A stretch of DNA of 64,000 bases from Myxococcota bacterium (GCA_965223415.1 OZ245002.1:2400001-2464000), one strand, 5' to 3'. Numbered from the stretch's first letter, positions 39,030 through 49,345 are shown. A program made the numbers and translations. The notes: generated from the sequence alone by a model not told the origin.

Positions 39030-40619
39030 ATGGCGAACCTTCTGGGCAACGAGAAACGCGAGCAGATTCTGGCACTTGGCCGCCTCGGCTGGTCGCTTCG
39101 GCGGATCGAGGAGGCGACGGGCGTGCGCCGGGAGACGGCGAGCCGTTACCTCCGGGCCGCGGGGATCGCGGTGCGATCTCCTGGTCGCTGGGGGCACGGG
39201 GCCCCAAACCCGGCCATAGAGGCGTCCACCGACTCGAAGGCCCCGGCAAAAGCGGCCAAAGAGGCGTCCACCGATCCGGCCTGGCCGCCGATGCCGGGCC
39301 GGAGCCCCCAGGCCAGCGCCTGCGAGCCCTACCGCGAGTGGATCGAGGCGGGCGTGCGCCAGGGCCGGACGGCGATGGCGATCTGGCAGGACCTAGTCGA
39401 TGACCACGGCTTCGCCTTCAGCTATGCGAGTGTGAAGCGCTTCGTGGCGAAGCAGCGAGCCGCGGCGCCGCGCGAGGCGCACCCGGTGATCGAGACGGCA
39501 CCGGGAGAAGAGGGCCAGGTCGACTACGGCGACGGGCCGATGGTGCGGCATCCCGGGTCGGGGAAGTACCGGCGCACGAGGCTGTTCGTCTTCACCCTGG
39601 GCTACAGCCGCAAGTGCGTTCGGCTGCTCGTGTGGAAGTCGAGCAGCCAGGTCTGGTCGGAGCTGCACGAGAAGGCCTTCCGCCGGCTGGGCGGTGCACC
39701 GCGCACCGTCGTCCTCGACAACCTCAAGGAGGGCGTTCTCAAGCCCGACGTCTACGACCCCGCGCTCAACCCCCTCTACCGCGATGTGCTCGCCCACTAC
39801 GGCGTGACGGCGCTTCCGTGCCGGGTGCGCCACCCCGATCGCAAGGGGAAGGTCGAGTCCGGGGTGCGCCACGCGCAGCAGAAGGTCCGCGGGATGCGCT
39901 TCGAGTCGCTCGAGCAGGCCCAGGCCTACCTCGACCGCTGGGAGCGCCGATGGGCCGACACCCGCATCCACGGCACGACCAAGCGCCAGGTGGCGGCGAT
40001 GTACGAAGAGGAGAAGCCGCACCTGCTCGGGCTTCCCATCGAGCCCTTCCGCTACTACCAGCACGGCGAGCGCACGGTGCACCTCGACGGGGCCATCGAG
40101 GTGGAGGGGGCCTACTACCACGCGCCGCCGGGCTGGCTGGGGCGGCGGGTGGCCGTCCAATGGGACGGGCTGCGGGTGCGGATGCTCGATCTGCAGACGG
40201 GGGAGCTGCTGCGCGAGCACGTCCGCCAGAGGCGGGGGCGCCGCAGGATGCGGGAGGAGGACCGCCCGAAGCGGACGCCGGCCACGACCCTCCAGCTGCT
40301 CGCGCGGGCCCGGCGCGCCGGCGTCCACGTGGGCGAGGTGTGTGAGGCGATCCATCGCCTGGACGGCGAGCCCGGGGTGCGTCGCATCCTGGGCGTGCTC
40401 TCCCTGTGCAAGCGCCACGGCATCCCTCGCGTCGACGATGCCTGCGCCACCGCCCTGGCCCTCGAGCTGCCCACCTACGCGTTCGTCAAGCGCTACCTGG
40501 AGCGTCAGCCCGAGCTGCCGCTCTCGCTCAAGCAGGTGGACCCGCTCATCCGCCAGCTCACCCACTACCGCGATCTCATCGATCGCCGCACCGAGGAGAC
40601 CTCTCGTGAATCTGACTGA
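39030..40619 (+). CDS. istA: IS21 transposase IstA
   Basis: ETAPGEEGQVDYG, LDNLKEGV, KGKVESGV. Confidence 0.92.
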   Translation: MANLLGNEKREQILALGRLGWSLRRIEEATGVRRETASRYLRAAGIAVRSPGRWGHGAPNPAIEASTDSKAPAKAAKEASTDPAWPPMPGRSPQASACEPYREWIEAGVRQGRTAMAIWQDLVDDHGFAFSYASVKRFVAKQRAAAPREAHPVIETAPGEEGQVDYGDGPMVRHPGSGKYRRTRLFVFTLGYSRKCVRLLVWKSSSQVWSELHEKAFRRLGGAPRTVVLDNLKEGVLKPDVYDPALNPLYRDVLAHYGVTALPCRVRHPDRKGKVESGVRHAQQKVRGMRFESLEQAQAYLDRWERRWADTRIHGTTKRQVAAMYEEEKPHLLGLPIEPFRYYQHGERTVHLDGAIEVEGAYYHAPPGWLGRRVAVQWDGLRVRMLDLQTGELLREHVRQRRGRRRMREEDRPKRTPATTLQLLARARRAGVHVGEVCEAIHRLDGEPGVRRILGVLSLCKRHGIPRVDDACATALALELPTYAFVKRYLERQPELPLSLKQVDPLIRQLTHYRDLIDRRTEETSRESD

Positions 40620-41367
40620 ACTCGATCCCGCACTGCGCAAGCTCCGGCTCTCGGGCATGGCCGAGCATCTGGAGATGCGGCTCCTCGAAGCCCAGAAGGG
40701 CGAGTGGGCGGCCATCGACCTGCTCTCGGCGCTCGTCCAGGACGAGCTCGAGCGCCGGCAGGACCGACTGCTGGCCCGGCGCATCAAGCAGGCCCGCTTC
40801 CGCGACGCCAACCGGACCCTCAACGGCTTCGACTTCCGCTTCAATACGAAGATCGATCGCGCCCTGGTCTTCGAGCTCGCCACGGGCCGCTTCCTCGAGC
40901 AAGCCGAGGACGCTGTCTTCCTCGGCCCGCCGGGCACGGGCAAGAGCCATCTCGCCCAGGCGATCGGCCTCGCCGTCATCCACCAGGGCCATCGCGTCGC
41001 CTACCGCGAGGTCCACGTCCTCCTCGAGGAACTCGCTGATGCGACCCTCGACGGCACCCGCAAGGAGTACCTGGCCGAGATGGCGAGCGTGCCGCTGCTC
41101 ATCCTTGACGACCTCGGCATGCGCAAGCTCCCCACCACGGCCGCCGAGGACCTGCTCGAGCTCATCATGCGCCGCTACGAGCGCACCAGCACCCTCGTCA
41201 CCTCGAACCGACCCGTCGACGACTGGGGCCGGCTCCTCGGCGACACGGCAGCCGTCACCGCCATGCTCGACCGCCTCCTCCACCACGGCCACCTGCTCAA
41301 GTGCGGACCCCGCAGCTGGCGCACCAAGAAGACCACGGCCTTGCCGAAGGAGGCTCCGGCGCGGTAG
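40606..41367 (+). CDS. istB: IS21 helper ATPase IstB
   Basis: GPPGTGKS, LLILDDLG, TSNR, AMLDRLLHH. Confidence 0.93.
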   Translation: MNLTELDPALRKLRLSGMAEHLEMRLLEAQKGEWAAIDLLSALVQDELERRQDRLLARRIKQARFRDANRTLNGFDFRFNTKIDRALVFELATGRFLEQAEDAVFLGPPGTGKSHLAQAIGLAVIHQGHRVAYREVHVLLEELADATLDGTRKEYLAEMASVPLLILDDLGMRKLPTTAAEDLLELIMRRYERTSTLVTSNRPVDDWGRLLGDTAAVTAMLDRLLHHGHLLKCGPRSWRTKKTTALPKEAPAR

Positions 41368-41446
41368 AACCCCTCTGTCCTGGGCGCGGCCCTTTGGCCG
41401 CCTTTGAGACGTCCACCTTTGGCCGGTTTTCAGACGTCCACCGAGG

Positions 41447-42021
41447 AGGCCGCGGACTACGAGGCCGACGACGTGATCGGCACGCTCGTGGACGGCCTCC
41501 TCAGCGAGGACTGCGGGGTGCAGGTGGTCAGCTCGGACAAGGATCTCTGCCAGCTCGTCACCGAGGACGGGCGCGTCGTCCTCCACGACTTCGCGAAGGA
41601 GACCACCCTCGACGCCGACGGCGTGCGCGAGAAGTTCGGCGTCGACCCGGCACAGATCCCCGACTACCTGGCACTCCTGGGCGACGCCGTGGACGATCTG
41701 CCCGGCGTCCCCGGCTACGGCAAGAAGAGCGCGGCGGCGGCGCTGGGCGCCTTCGGCCGCATCGACGCGATTCCGGACGATCCCGCGGGCTGGGAGGGCG
41801 TCGCCGTGCGCGGCGCCGCACGCCTGGCCCGGGAGATCGCCGCCCACCGCGACCAGGCGCTCCAGGTCCGCGAGCTCGCCACCATCGTGCGCAAGGTGCC
41901 CGGCGTTCGTTGCTCCCTCGCCGATCTCGCGTGGGAAGGCGCGCCCGCCGGCGCTGTCGAGGCCCTGTGCGCCGAGCTGGGCTGGGGCCGCATCGCCGAT
42001 CGGATTCCCGGCCGGGGCTAA
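41447..42021 (+). pseudogene. 5'-3' exonuclease / flap endonuclease, 5'-truncated by IS21
   Basis: YEADDVIGTL, SSDKDLCQLV, DYLALLGDAVDDLPGVPGYG.K.A (H3TH); N-terminal part of the PIN domain missing. Confidence 0.85.
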
Positions 42022-42116
42022 AACGCCACCCGCCTCCTCGGAAAGCCCTCGATTCCCGGAAAATCGGGGATAGAATGGCCGGCGCTGCGTTCTGCCTCAT
42101 CCGTTCGGAGGACCAC

Positions 42117-42827
42117 ATGGAGATCATCACCACCAGCGAGGGCTGGGAGTTCCTCTTCCGCTGGATCCACTTCCTCGCCGGCATCACCTGGATCGGCGTC
42201 CTCTACTACTTCAACTTCATCCAGACACCCTTCTTCGGGACCGAGCTCGGCGGCGAAGCCAAGAGCGCGATGACCCGCGGCCTCGTGCCCAACGCCCTGT
42301 GGTGGTTCCGCTGGGGCGCCATGTTCACCTTCCTCACCGGGTGGACACTCGTGCTGATGTACCTCGGCATGGGCGGCATGGATCTCGGCACACCGCTCAT
42401 CACCAAGATCCTGACCGGCGGCATCATGGGCACGATCATGTGGGCGAACGTCTGGTTCGTGATCTGGCCCGCCCAGCAGCAGGTGATCAAGTCGGCCGAG
42501 CAGGTGGCCGCCGGCGGCGATGCGATCCCCGGCACGCCGGATCGCGCGGCCCGCGCCGGCCTGGCCTCACGCACCAACACCATGTTCTCGATCCCCATGC
42601 TCTTCTTCATGGGGTCGGCCCGTCACCTGAGCACCCTCCACAACGGCACGAACGACATGGTCTACTGGATCGTGGCGCTCGTGATCATCGGGCTCCTCGA
42701 GGTGAACTGCCTGGTCGGTACCGGCCAGGGCCGGCAGAAGTACCTGGGCAGCGTGTCCGGCACGATCCACACCGGCCTCCTCGCGACCCTGGTGCTGTAC
42801 ATCGTCGGCGTCGCCCTCAACAGCTAG
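42117..42827 (+). CDS. Urate_ox_N / PuuD-like membrane protein (no fused cytochrome c)
   Basis: FRWIHFLAGITWIG..YYFNF, LWWFRWGA, IMWANVWFVIWPAQ, ASRTN; GGAGG RBS. Confidence 0.75.
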   Translation: MEIITTSEGWEFLFRWIHFLAGITWIGVLYYFNFIQTPFFGTELGGEAKSAMTRGLVPNALWWFRWGAMFTFLTGWTLVLMYLGMGGMDLGTPLITKILTGGIMGTIMWANVWFVIWPAQQQVIKSAEQVAAGGDAIPGTPDRAARAGLASRTNTMFSIPMLFFMGSARHLSTLHNGTNDMVYWIVALVIIGLLEVNCLVGTGQGRQKYLGSVSGTIHTGLLATLVLYIVGVALNS

Positions 42828-42898
42828 GGCGCCAACGCATCGCTTTCTGGGGAAAGCGCGACAGAGAGGGTCGGGGCCTCGCCCCGGCCCTCTCTTCG

Positions 42899-43447
42899 TT
42901 GGACCGGGCCTGCGGCCCGTGCTCGCTGTGCTGCACCGTGCTCCGGGTCGACGAGCTGCGAAAGCTGGGCGGCACGGCCTGCCCGAAGCTCGGCCCGCCG
43001 GGTGACGGATGCAGCATCCACCCCGATCGTCCGGCCATCTGCCGGCGCTATCGCTGCCTGTGGCTCCAGGGCGGGCTCGAGGACGGCGACCGGCCGGACC
43101 TCCTCGGCGCCGTCCCGGATCTCGTCAGCGAAGGCGGCACCACTCGTCTCACTCTCCGCGAGGCGCAGCCGGGTGCCTTCGATGCCTCGCCTCGGATCCG
43201 GGCGATCGCCGAGCGCTTCCGCGAGACGATGCCGGTGCGCGTGTCCGCGACGGCGGATCCCCACGACGCCGACTCCCCCTACCGGATGATGCTTCCGAAC
43301 GGCGACGTCCATCACGTGGCCGGGGAGTGGACGACCGTCACGCACCCCGACGGATCGACGGAACGCCTGCGCCTGCCCTGGCTCGAGCGTCGCGTGCGCG
43401 GCATCGTGATCGCGCTGCGCCGCCTTCGGCAACGGCGTTCGCGTTAG
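42899..43447 (+). CDS. YkgJ-like Cys-cluster protein (start uncertain)
   Basis: CGPCSLCC...C...CSIH..RP..C..Y.C.W. Confidence 0.7.
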   Translation: MDRACGPCSLCCTVLRVDELRKLGGTACPKLGPPGDGCSIHPDRPAICRRYRCLWLQGGLEDGDRPDLLGAVPDLVSEGGTTRLTLREAQPGAFDASPRIRAIAERFRETMPVRVSATADPHDADSPYRMMLPNGDVHHVAGEWTTVTHPDGSTERLRLPWLERRVRGIVIALRRLRQRRSR

Positions 43448-43782
43448 TCGACGAAGGTGGCGAGATACGCCTGGATCGCCGGAAGCTCCGCCTCGAGGTG
43501 CACGAGGGGCACCATCGCCTGCGTGTCGCGCTTGGGCAGGTAGCCGGGCGGGTACTCGTTGCGGAGCACCTTCGCCTCGAGAAGCTCGAGGGACGCGCCT
43601 GCGACCTCCGGGCCCACCGGCCCGGGCTGGCGCGGATCCCGCGCATGGCAGGCCGTGCACACCGTGTCGTAGGCGACCCGCCCCTTGCGGGCGAGCTCCG
43701 CCTGCGGGTCCTCGCCGCCGCTGCCGCAAGCCGCGAGCCCGATCGCGCAGGACGAGAGGAGGAAGAGGAGGGGCGGCCGCAT
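43444..43782 (-). CDS. monoheme cytochrome c lipoprotein
   Basis: Lipobox LAAC, CTACH heme motif, distal Met (AMVP). Confidence 0.85.
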   Translation of the reverse strand: MRPPLLFLLSSCAIGLAACGSGGEDPQAELARKGRVAYDTVCTACHARDPRQPGPVGPEVAGASLELLEAKVLRNEYPPGYLPKRDTQAMVPLVHLEAELPAIQAYLATFVD

Positions 43783-43820
43783 CGAGGGCGGGATCCTAGC
43801 CTCCGCTACCCTGGGTGACG

Positions 43821-44384
43821 ATGGCGAGTCCGGCTCCTCCGGCACCGGCCCGTTGGCTCACCCGCGCCAATGCCCTGACGGCGGCGCGCCTCCTCGCTGC
43901 TCCACTCCTTGCTCTCGCCATCCGGGAGGGCGCGGCGGGTGCGGCCCACGCACTGTTCTGGTTCGCCGTCGCGACGGACCTCCTGGACGGGCGGGTCGCG
44001 CGCCGCTACGGCGAGGCCTCCGCCGTCGGTGGCCTGCTCGACCACGCCACCGACGCCACCTTCGTCTCCATCGGTCTGCTCGCCGTGGCCTGGAGTGGCC
44101 AGACACCGCTCCTGCTACCACCCCTCGTCGCCCTCGCGTTCCTCCAGTACACCCTCGATTCCCGCGCCCTCGCCGGTCGTCCGCTCCGCGCCAGCCGGCT
44201 CGGGCGTTGGAACGGGATCGCCTACTTCGTCTTGCTCGGCATTCCGGTGGTGCGCGACGGCCTCGATCTCGGCTGGCCGCCGAGGTCCTGGACCCTCGCC
44301 ATCGGTTGGGTGCTGGTGCTCACCACGCTCGTGTCCATGGGCGACCGCCTGCTCGCGCTGCGCCGAGCGTCGTCGCCTTCCTAG
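43821..44384 (+). CDS. CDP-alcohol phosphatidyltransferase
   Basis: ANALTAAR, DLLDGRVARR...GGLLDHATD. Confidence 0.88.
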   Translation: MASPAPPAPARWLTRANALTAARLLAAPLLALAIREGAAGAAHALFWFAVATDLLDGRVARRYGEASAVGGLLDHATDATFVSIGLLAVAWSGQTPLLLPPLVALAFLQYTLDSRALAGRPLRASRLGRWNGIAYFVLLGIPVVRDGLDLGWPPRSWTLAIGWVLVLTTLVSMGDRLLALRRASSPS

Positions 44385-44398
44385 TCGCCGGAGAGCCC

Positions 44399-46093
44399 AT
44401 GTCCGCACTTCCCTTCTCCGCCATGTCCGCCCCCGAGCCGGATCCGGACGCGCTCGCTGCCTCCTACGCCGAGCTCGAGCGGGCCTGGGCGGCCGCCGTC
44501 GACGCGCCAGCGCGTCGCAGCGTGATCGAGCGATGGGACGCGCTGCGCTCCTCCTTCTCGACCTGGTACGAGCTGGCCCAGGTGCGCTTCACCCAGGACA
44601 CCGGCGACGAGGCGGCCCGGGCCGATCGGGAGCGCGCCGACGAGCTGGAGCCCCGGGTCACGAGCCTCGAAGTCGGCTTTCTGCGCGGGCTGCTGGCGGA
44701 GCCCCACCGCGCCGAGCTCGGGGCCCTCCTGGGGCCGCAGGCGGTCGCACTCTACGACCTGAAGGTCCGTGCCTACGACCCGGCCATCGAGGACGCGCGG
44801 GTGCAGGAGGCGAAGCTCGCCGCCGAGTACACGGACCTCGTCGCCCAGGCCAGGATTCCGTTCCGGGGGGAAACCTTCAATCACGCTGGCATCGCGAAGT
44901 TCGCCCAGGATCCGGATCGCGCCGCCCGTCGCGAGGCCGCCGCCGCGCGATGGCAGTGGTTCGAGGAGCACGGCGACGAGCTCGATCGCGTCTACGGCGA
45001 GCTGGTCCGGCTCCGGGACGGAATGGCCCGCTCGCTCGGCCACCCGGACTTCGTCGAGCTCGGCTACGAGCGCATGAAGCGCGTCGACTACGACCGGAAC
45101 GACGTCGAGCGCTTCCGCGCCGAGGTGTGCCGGCACGTGGTTCCACTCTGCGAGCGACTGATCGAGCGACGCACGCGCGAGCTCGGGCTCGATCGCATGA
45201 TGTTCTGGGACGAAACCCTCGCCGACCCGGGCGGCAACCCGAAGCCCCAGGGTGACGAAGCCTGGACCGAGGCCCAGGCGGGGCGCGTCTTCGCCGAGAC
45301 GCACCCGGAGCTGGGGCGGTTCTACGAGATGATGGGCGAGCGCGGCCTCCTCGATCTCGTCACCCGCGAGGGCAAGGCGGCCGGCGGCTACACGACCTTC
45401 TTCGAGGACCACGGCGTGCCCTTCGTGTTCGCCAACTTCAACGGCACCCTCGGCGACGTGGACGTCCTCACCCACGAGGTGGGCCACGCCTTCCAGGTGT
45501 GGTCGAGCCGCGACCTCTTCCCGATGGAGTACCGCTGGCCCACCCTCGAGGCTTGCGAGATCCATTCGATGGGCCTCGAGCACCTGACCTGGCCCGGCGC
45601 CGGGCACTTCTTCGGCGAAGACGCCGAGCGCTACCGTCGCATCCATCTCGAGGGCGGCCTGCTGTTCCTCCCCTACGGCGTGGCGGTGGACGACTTCCAG
45701 CACCAGGTCTACGAGCGACCCGGCGCGAGCCCGGCCGAGCGCCACGCAATGTGGGCGGAGGTGGAGCGCCGCTACCTGCCCTGGCGCGAGAACGGCGGCA
45801 TCGCCCGGCTCGAGCAGGGCGGGCGTTGGCAGGCCCAGCTCCACATCTACGGCGCCCCGTTCTACTACATCGACTACACCCTCGCGCTCACCTGCGCGCT
45901 CCAGCTCTGGGAGTGGGCCGACCGCGACCGGCCGGCGGCGGTCGACGCCTACGTCGGCCTGTGTCGCCGAGGGGGAAGCGCTCCGTTCCAGGATCTGGTG
46001 CGCGACGCCGGCCTCACCAGCCCCTTCGACGCCGGCTGTCTCGAGCGGGTCGTGGGCCACGCGGCGGAGCACCTGGGCCTCGCGGACCGGTAG
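44399..46093 (+). CDS. M3 family oligoendopeptidase
   Basis: GKAAGGY, HEVGHAFQ, EIHSMGLE, HIYGAPFYYIDY. Confidence 0.92.
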   Translation: MSALPFSAMSAPEPDPDALAASYAELERAWAAAVDAPARRSVIERWDALRSSFSTWYELAQVRFTQDTGDEAARADRERADELEPRVTSLEVGFLRGLLAEPHRAELGALLGPQAVALYDLKVRAYDPAIEDARVQEAKLAAEYTDLVAQARIPFRGETFNHAGIAKFAQDPDRAARREAAAARWQWFEEHGDELDRVYGELVRLRDGMARSLGHPDFVELGYERMKRVDYDRNDVERFRAEVCRHVVPLCERLIERRTRELGLDRMMFWDETLADPGGNPKPQGDEAWTEAQAGRVFAETHPELGRFYEMMGERGLLDLVTREGKAAGGYTTFFEDHGVPFVFANFNGTLGDVDVLTHEVGHAFQVWSSRDLFPMEYRWPTLEACEIHSMGLEHLTWPGAGHFFGEDAERYRRIHLEGGLLFLPYGVAVDDFQHQVYERPGASPAERHAMWAEVERRYLPWRENGGIARLEQGGRWQAQLHIYGAPFYYIDYTLALTCALQLWEWADRDRPAAVDAYVGLCRRGGSAPFQDLVRDAGLTSPFDAGCLERVVGHAAEHLGLADR

Positions 46094-46102
46094 ACTCGCG
46101 GG

Positions 46103-46507
46103 ATGAGTGAACGCAGCGATACCCACCGGAAGTCGATCGGCTACCTCCTCTGGATCTTCGGCTTCCTGGGGGCCCACCGCTTCTACTACGGGAAGCCGAT
46201 CTCGGGGACGATCTGGTTCCTCACCCTGGGCCTGCTCGGCATCGGCTGGATCGTCGATCTGTTCCTGATTCCCGGAATGGACCGCGAGGCCGATCTCCGC
46301 TTCGCGGCGGGCGGCGTCGACTACAACCTCTCCTGGGTCCTCCTCACCTTCGTCGGCGTGTTCGGCGTCCACCGGATGTACATGGGGAAGTGGCTCACCG
46401 GCGTCCTTTACCTGCTGACCCTGGGCGTCTGCGGCCTCGGTGTTCTCTTCGACTACTGGACCCTGAACGACCAGATCACCGTCATCAACGCGAAGAGGCA
46501 CGCGTGA
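46103..46507 (+). CDS. double TM2 (NINE) domain membrane protein
   Basis: GFLGAHRFYYGK and GVFGVHRMYMGK. Confidence 0.88.
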   Translation: MSERSDTHRKSIGYLLWIFGFLGAHRFYYGKPISGTIWFLTLGLLGIGWIVDLFLIPGMDREADLRFAAGGVDYNLSWVLLTFVGVFGVHRMYMGKWLTGVLYLLTLGVCGLGVLFDYWTLNDQITVINAKRHA

Positions 46508-47472
46508 GGCAGCTCGCGCTTGCTCTCGCCTGCCTGCTCCTGCAGGGGTGTCTCGTCGGTCCGCACCTGTCCCGCTACGCCGAGCGCTACGGCGAAGCCG
46601 TTCCCGCCGAGGGCGTGACCGCGACCTTCCTCGGCTGCGCCTCCCTGGCGTTCCGCGACGGAGAGCACGCGGTGATGACCGACGGCTTCTTCACGCGCCC
46701 CGGCAAGCTCGCGGTCCTGCTGGATCGTCCGGTCGAGCCCGATCCCGAGATCATCCACGGCGGCTTCGCCCGCGTCGGCCTGGAGCGGGTGAGCGCGGTG
46801 GTACCGATCCACTCCCACTACGACCACGCGCTCGATTCGGCCCCGGCGGCCGCCTTGGGTGGCGGGGTCGTGCTGGGGTCTCCGACGACGCGGGCCATCG
46901 CCCGCGGCCAGGGCTACGACAACGCCGAGGTCGCCGTGCTCGGCCAGCCCTATTCCTACCCCCCGTTCACGATCACGCTCTACGGCTCGCGGCACGCGCC
47001 GATCGCCGACGGGGGTCCTCCCTTCCCCGGCGTCCTCGATGCGCCGCTGGCGATGCCGGCGAAGGTCTCGGCCTACCTCGAAGGGGGGAGCTTCGCCGTC
47101 CACGTCGCCCACGAGACGGAAGGTTCCGTCCTCGTGAACGGCAGCGCCGGCTTCGAGCCCGGTGCCTTCGCCGGCGTCGCCGCCGACGTCGTCTACCTGG
47201 GCGCCGGCGGTCTGGACAGCCTCGAGGAGCGGGAGCCCGGCTACATCGAGCGCTACTGGAACGAGGTCGTGATCGCGACCGGTGCGAAAGTGGTTCGGCC
47301 CGTCCACTACGACGACTTCACGACGCCCTTCGGCAGCGAACGCGCCTTCCCGACCTGGATCCTCGGCGATCCGGAGGTCTCCCTCGACGCCCTGGCGGCG
47401 CTCGCGGAGCGCGACGGAGTGCACTTCGAGACCCTGCCCATGCTCGAGCCGGTTTCCTTCGCGGGACCGTAG
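46504..47472 (+). CDS. MBL-fold metallo-hydrolase lipoprotein
   Basis: Lipobox LQGC, TDGFFTRP, HSHYDHALD, PVHYDDF. Confidence 0.85.
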   Translation: MRQLALALACLLLQGCLVGPHLSRYAERYGEAVPAEGVTATFLGCASLAFRDGEHAVMTDGFFTRPGKLAVLLDRPVEPDPEIIHGGFARVGLERVSAVVPIHSHYDHALDSAPAAALGGGVVLGSPTTRAIARGQGYDNAEVAVLGQPYSYPPFTITLYGSRHAPIADGGPPFPGVLDAPLAMPAKVSAYLEGGSFAVHVAHETEGSVLVNGSAGFEPGAFAGVAADVVYLGAGGLDSLEEREPGYIERYWNEVVIATGAKVVRPVHYDDFTTPFGSERAFPTWILGDPEVSLDALAALAERDGVHFETLPMLEPVSFAGP

Positions 47473-47480
47473 GAGGGACG

Positions 47481-48527
47481 ATGCTCGACGCATCGGCGAT
47501 CGCCGAAGCCCTGCGCGCCGCGGTGCCCCTCCTGGCGGGCATCATGCTGACCAGCCTCCTCGTCTGGCTCGGCCGCCGCCTGCTCCTGCGGCGCCGACGG
47601 GTGGGGCCCGTGCTCGAGTTCGTGGGGCAGCTGTGGACGCTGGTGGGCATCGCCGTGGTGATGGTGGTGGCAGTGCTCACCGCGCCGGTCGAGGCGCAGA
47701 CCCGCGGCCAGCTACTGAGCCTGCTCGGGCTCACCCTCACCGCCATCCTCACCCTCTCGTCGACCACCTTCGTCGCCAATGCGATGGCAGGTCTCATGCT
47801 GAGGGCGGTGTCGAGCTTCCACCCGGGGGACTTCATTCGCGTGGGCGAGCAGTTCGGCCGCGTCACCGAGGTGGGCCTCTTCCACACGGAGATCCAGACC
47901 CGCGACCGCGATCTCATGACCCTGCCCAACCTCCACCTCGTCACCCAGCCCGTCACCGTGGTGAGCGGCTCCGGCACCATCGTGTCCGCCGACGTCTCCC
48001 TGGGCTTCGACGTGCCCCGGAGCCGCATCGAGCCCCTGCTCGCGGAGGCCGCGCGAGGCGCCGGCCTGGACGAGCCCTTCGTGCACGTGCAGGAGATCGG
48101 CGACTTCTCCGTCATCTACCGGGTCGCGGGCTTCCTGGAGGACACGCGCACGCTCCTCAGCACCCGATCGGACCTGCGCGAACAGATGCTCGACGTGCTG
48201 CACCGGGCCGGGATCGAGATCGTCTCCCCCACGTTCATGAACCAGCGCGTTCTCCCCGCCGACACCCGCTTCGTGCCCCATGACGCACCCCCGCCGCCCC
48301 GCGAAAACGATCGCGCCCCCGAGGAGCGAATCTTCGACAAGGCGGAGGAGGCGGCCCGACAGGAGGCGCTTCGCCGCGAGCGCGAGGAGATCGAGGTGGA
48401 GATCGCCGCCCTCGAGGAGCAGCTCGCGGCGACCGAGGGGGGCGACCGCTACCGGCTGCAGCGGAGCATCGAGCTGCGGCGTCAGAGGCTCGCAGCCATC
48501 GAGGGATCGACTGGCGACGCCGGGTAG
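47481..48527 (+). CDS. MscS family mechanosensitive channel
   Basis: 3 TM helices, ANAMAGLM, FHPGDFI, GRVTEVGLFHTEI. Confidence 0.88.
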   Translation: MLDASAIAEALRAAVPLLAGIMLTSLLVWLGRRLLLRRRRVGPVLEFVGQLWTLVGIAVVMVVAVLTAPVEAQTRGQLLSLLGLTLTAILTLSSTTFVANAMAGLMLRAVSSFHPGDFIRVGEQFGRVTEVGLFHTEIQTRDRDLMTLPNLHLVTQPVTVVSGSGTIVSADVSLGFDVPRSRIEPLLAEAARGAGLDEPFVHVQEIGDFSVIYRVAGFLEDTRTLLSTRSDLREQMLDVLHRAGIEIVSPTFMNQRVLPADTRFVPHDAPPPPRENDRAPEERIFDKAEEAARQEALRREREEIEVEIAALEEQLAATEGGDRYRLQRSIELRRQRLAAIEGSTGDAG

Positions 48528-48547
48528 CGCTCGCCGACCTCCAGGGT

Positions 48548-49345
48548 CTACCCGCGGGTACGGGCCCAGTGGGGTCGCTCCGCGAGCGCCCTCAGGGCTG
48601 CCCGGCGGCCGGCGTCGATGCAGCGGAGGACGCCACGCGTCGTCGAATGCACGCGGCCGACGGGCAGAGGGGCGTCCGGGTGGATCACGACGAGGCGCGA
48701 CCTGCTCGCGGGAGGCACCATGTGGGGTCGGCTGCTCACCAGCCGCTTCCAGATGCGCCCGCGGGAGTCCGGGACCACCACGAGGACGCGCTCGCAGTCC
48801 GCGGCGAGAGCCGCCTCGTAGGGAACGTTGTCGACGAAGCCGCCGTCAGCGTAGTAGCGCCCGTCGATCCGGATCGGCCGGCCGTAGACGCCCGGAAGGT
48901 AGTTCGACGCCATCAGCGTGTCGAAGAACGCGTCTCGGTCGTTCCAGCTCTCGAACCAGTGGAGGCGACGGTCCCGGAGGGACGTGGCTCCGATGCGAAG
49001 TCGAATGCAGGAGCTGGCGATCCGTTCGAAGCGAAGCCTGCGCATCGGGATTCCCCGGACGATCTCAGGGAAGTTCGACGGAGTCCCGTGCCGCCAGACG
49101 TTCCGCCACCGGAACTTGGGCGCGCTCGCGACCTCCAGCCAGAACTCGCGCATCTCGTGGATCTGGTCCGTAGCGACACAGGCGGCGTTCCAAGCTCCGG
49201 ATGACACGCCAACGACGGCAGCGAAGCGGAGCCCACGGGCGTGCAGCTCCTCGATCACCCCCACCTGGAAGGCACCGCGAAGGAACCCTCCCGACAGCAC
49301 GAGCCCCAGCCCGCCCTTCGAGGACGCCGTCCGGTACAGCGTCAG
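48548..49345 (-). CDS. patatin-like phospholipase (start uncertain)
   Basis: LVLSGGFLRGAFQVG, GVSSG, DGG motifs. Confidence 0.82.
   Translation of the reverse strand: MTLYRTASSKGGLGLVLSGGFLRGAFQVGVIEELHARGLRFAAVVGVSSGAWNAACVATDQIHEMREFWLEVASAPKFRWRNVWRHGTPSNFPEIVRGIPMRRLRFERIASSCIRLRIGATSLRDRRLHWFESWNDRDAFFDTLMASNYLPGVYGRPIRIDGRYYADGGFVDNVPYEAALAADCERVLVVVPDSRGRIWKRLVSSRPHMVPPASRSRLVVIHPDAPLPVGRVHSTTRGVLRCIDAGRRAALRALAERPHWARTRG

Larger units (their letters stand above)
38922..41446 (+). mobile_element. IS21 family insertion sequence (copy B, unrelated to A)
   Basis: IRs CCTCGGTGGACACCCAAAACCGGCCA / TGGCCGGTTTTCAGACGTCCACCGAGG, internal sub-repeats at both ends; istA-istB; no TSD. Confidence 0.88.
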
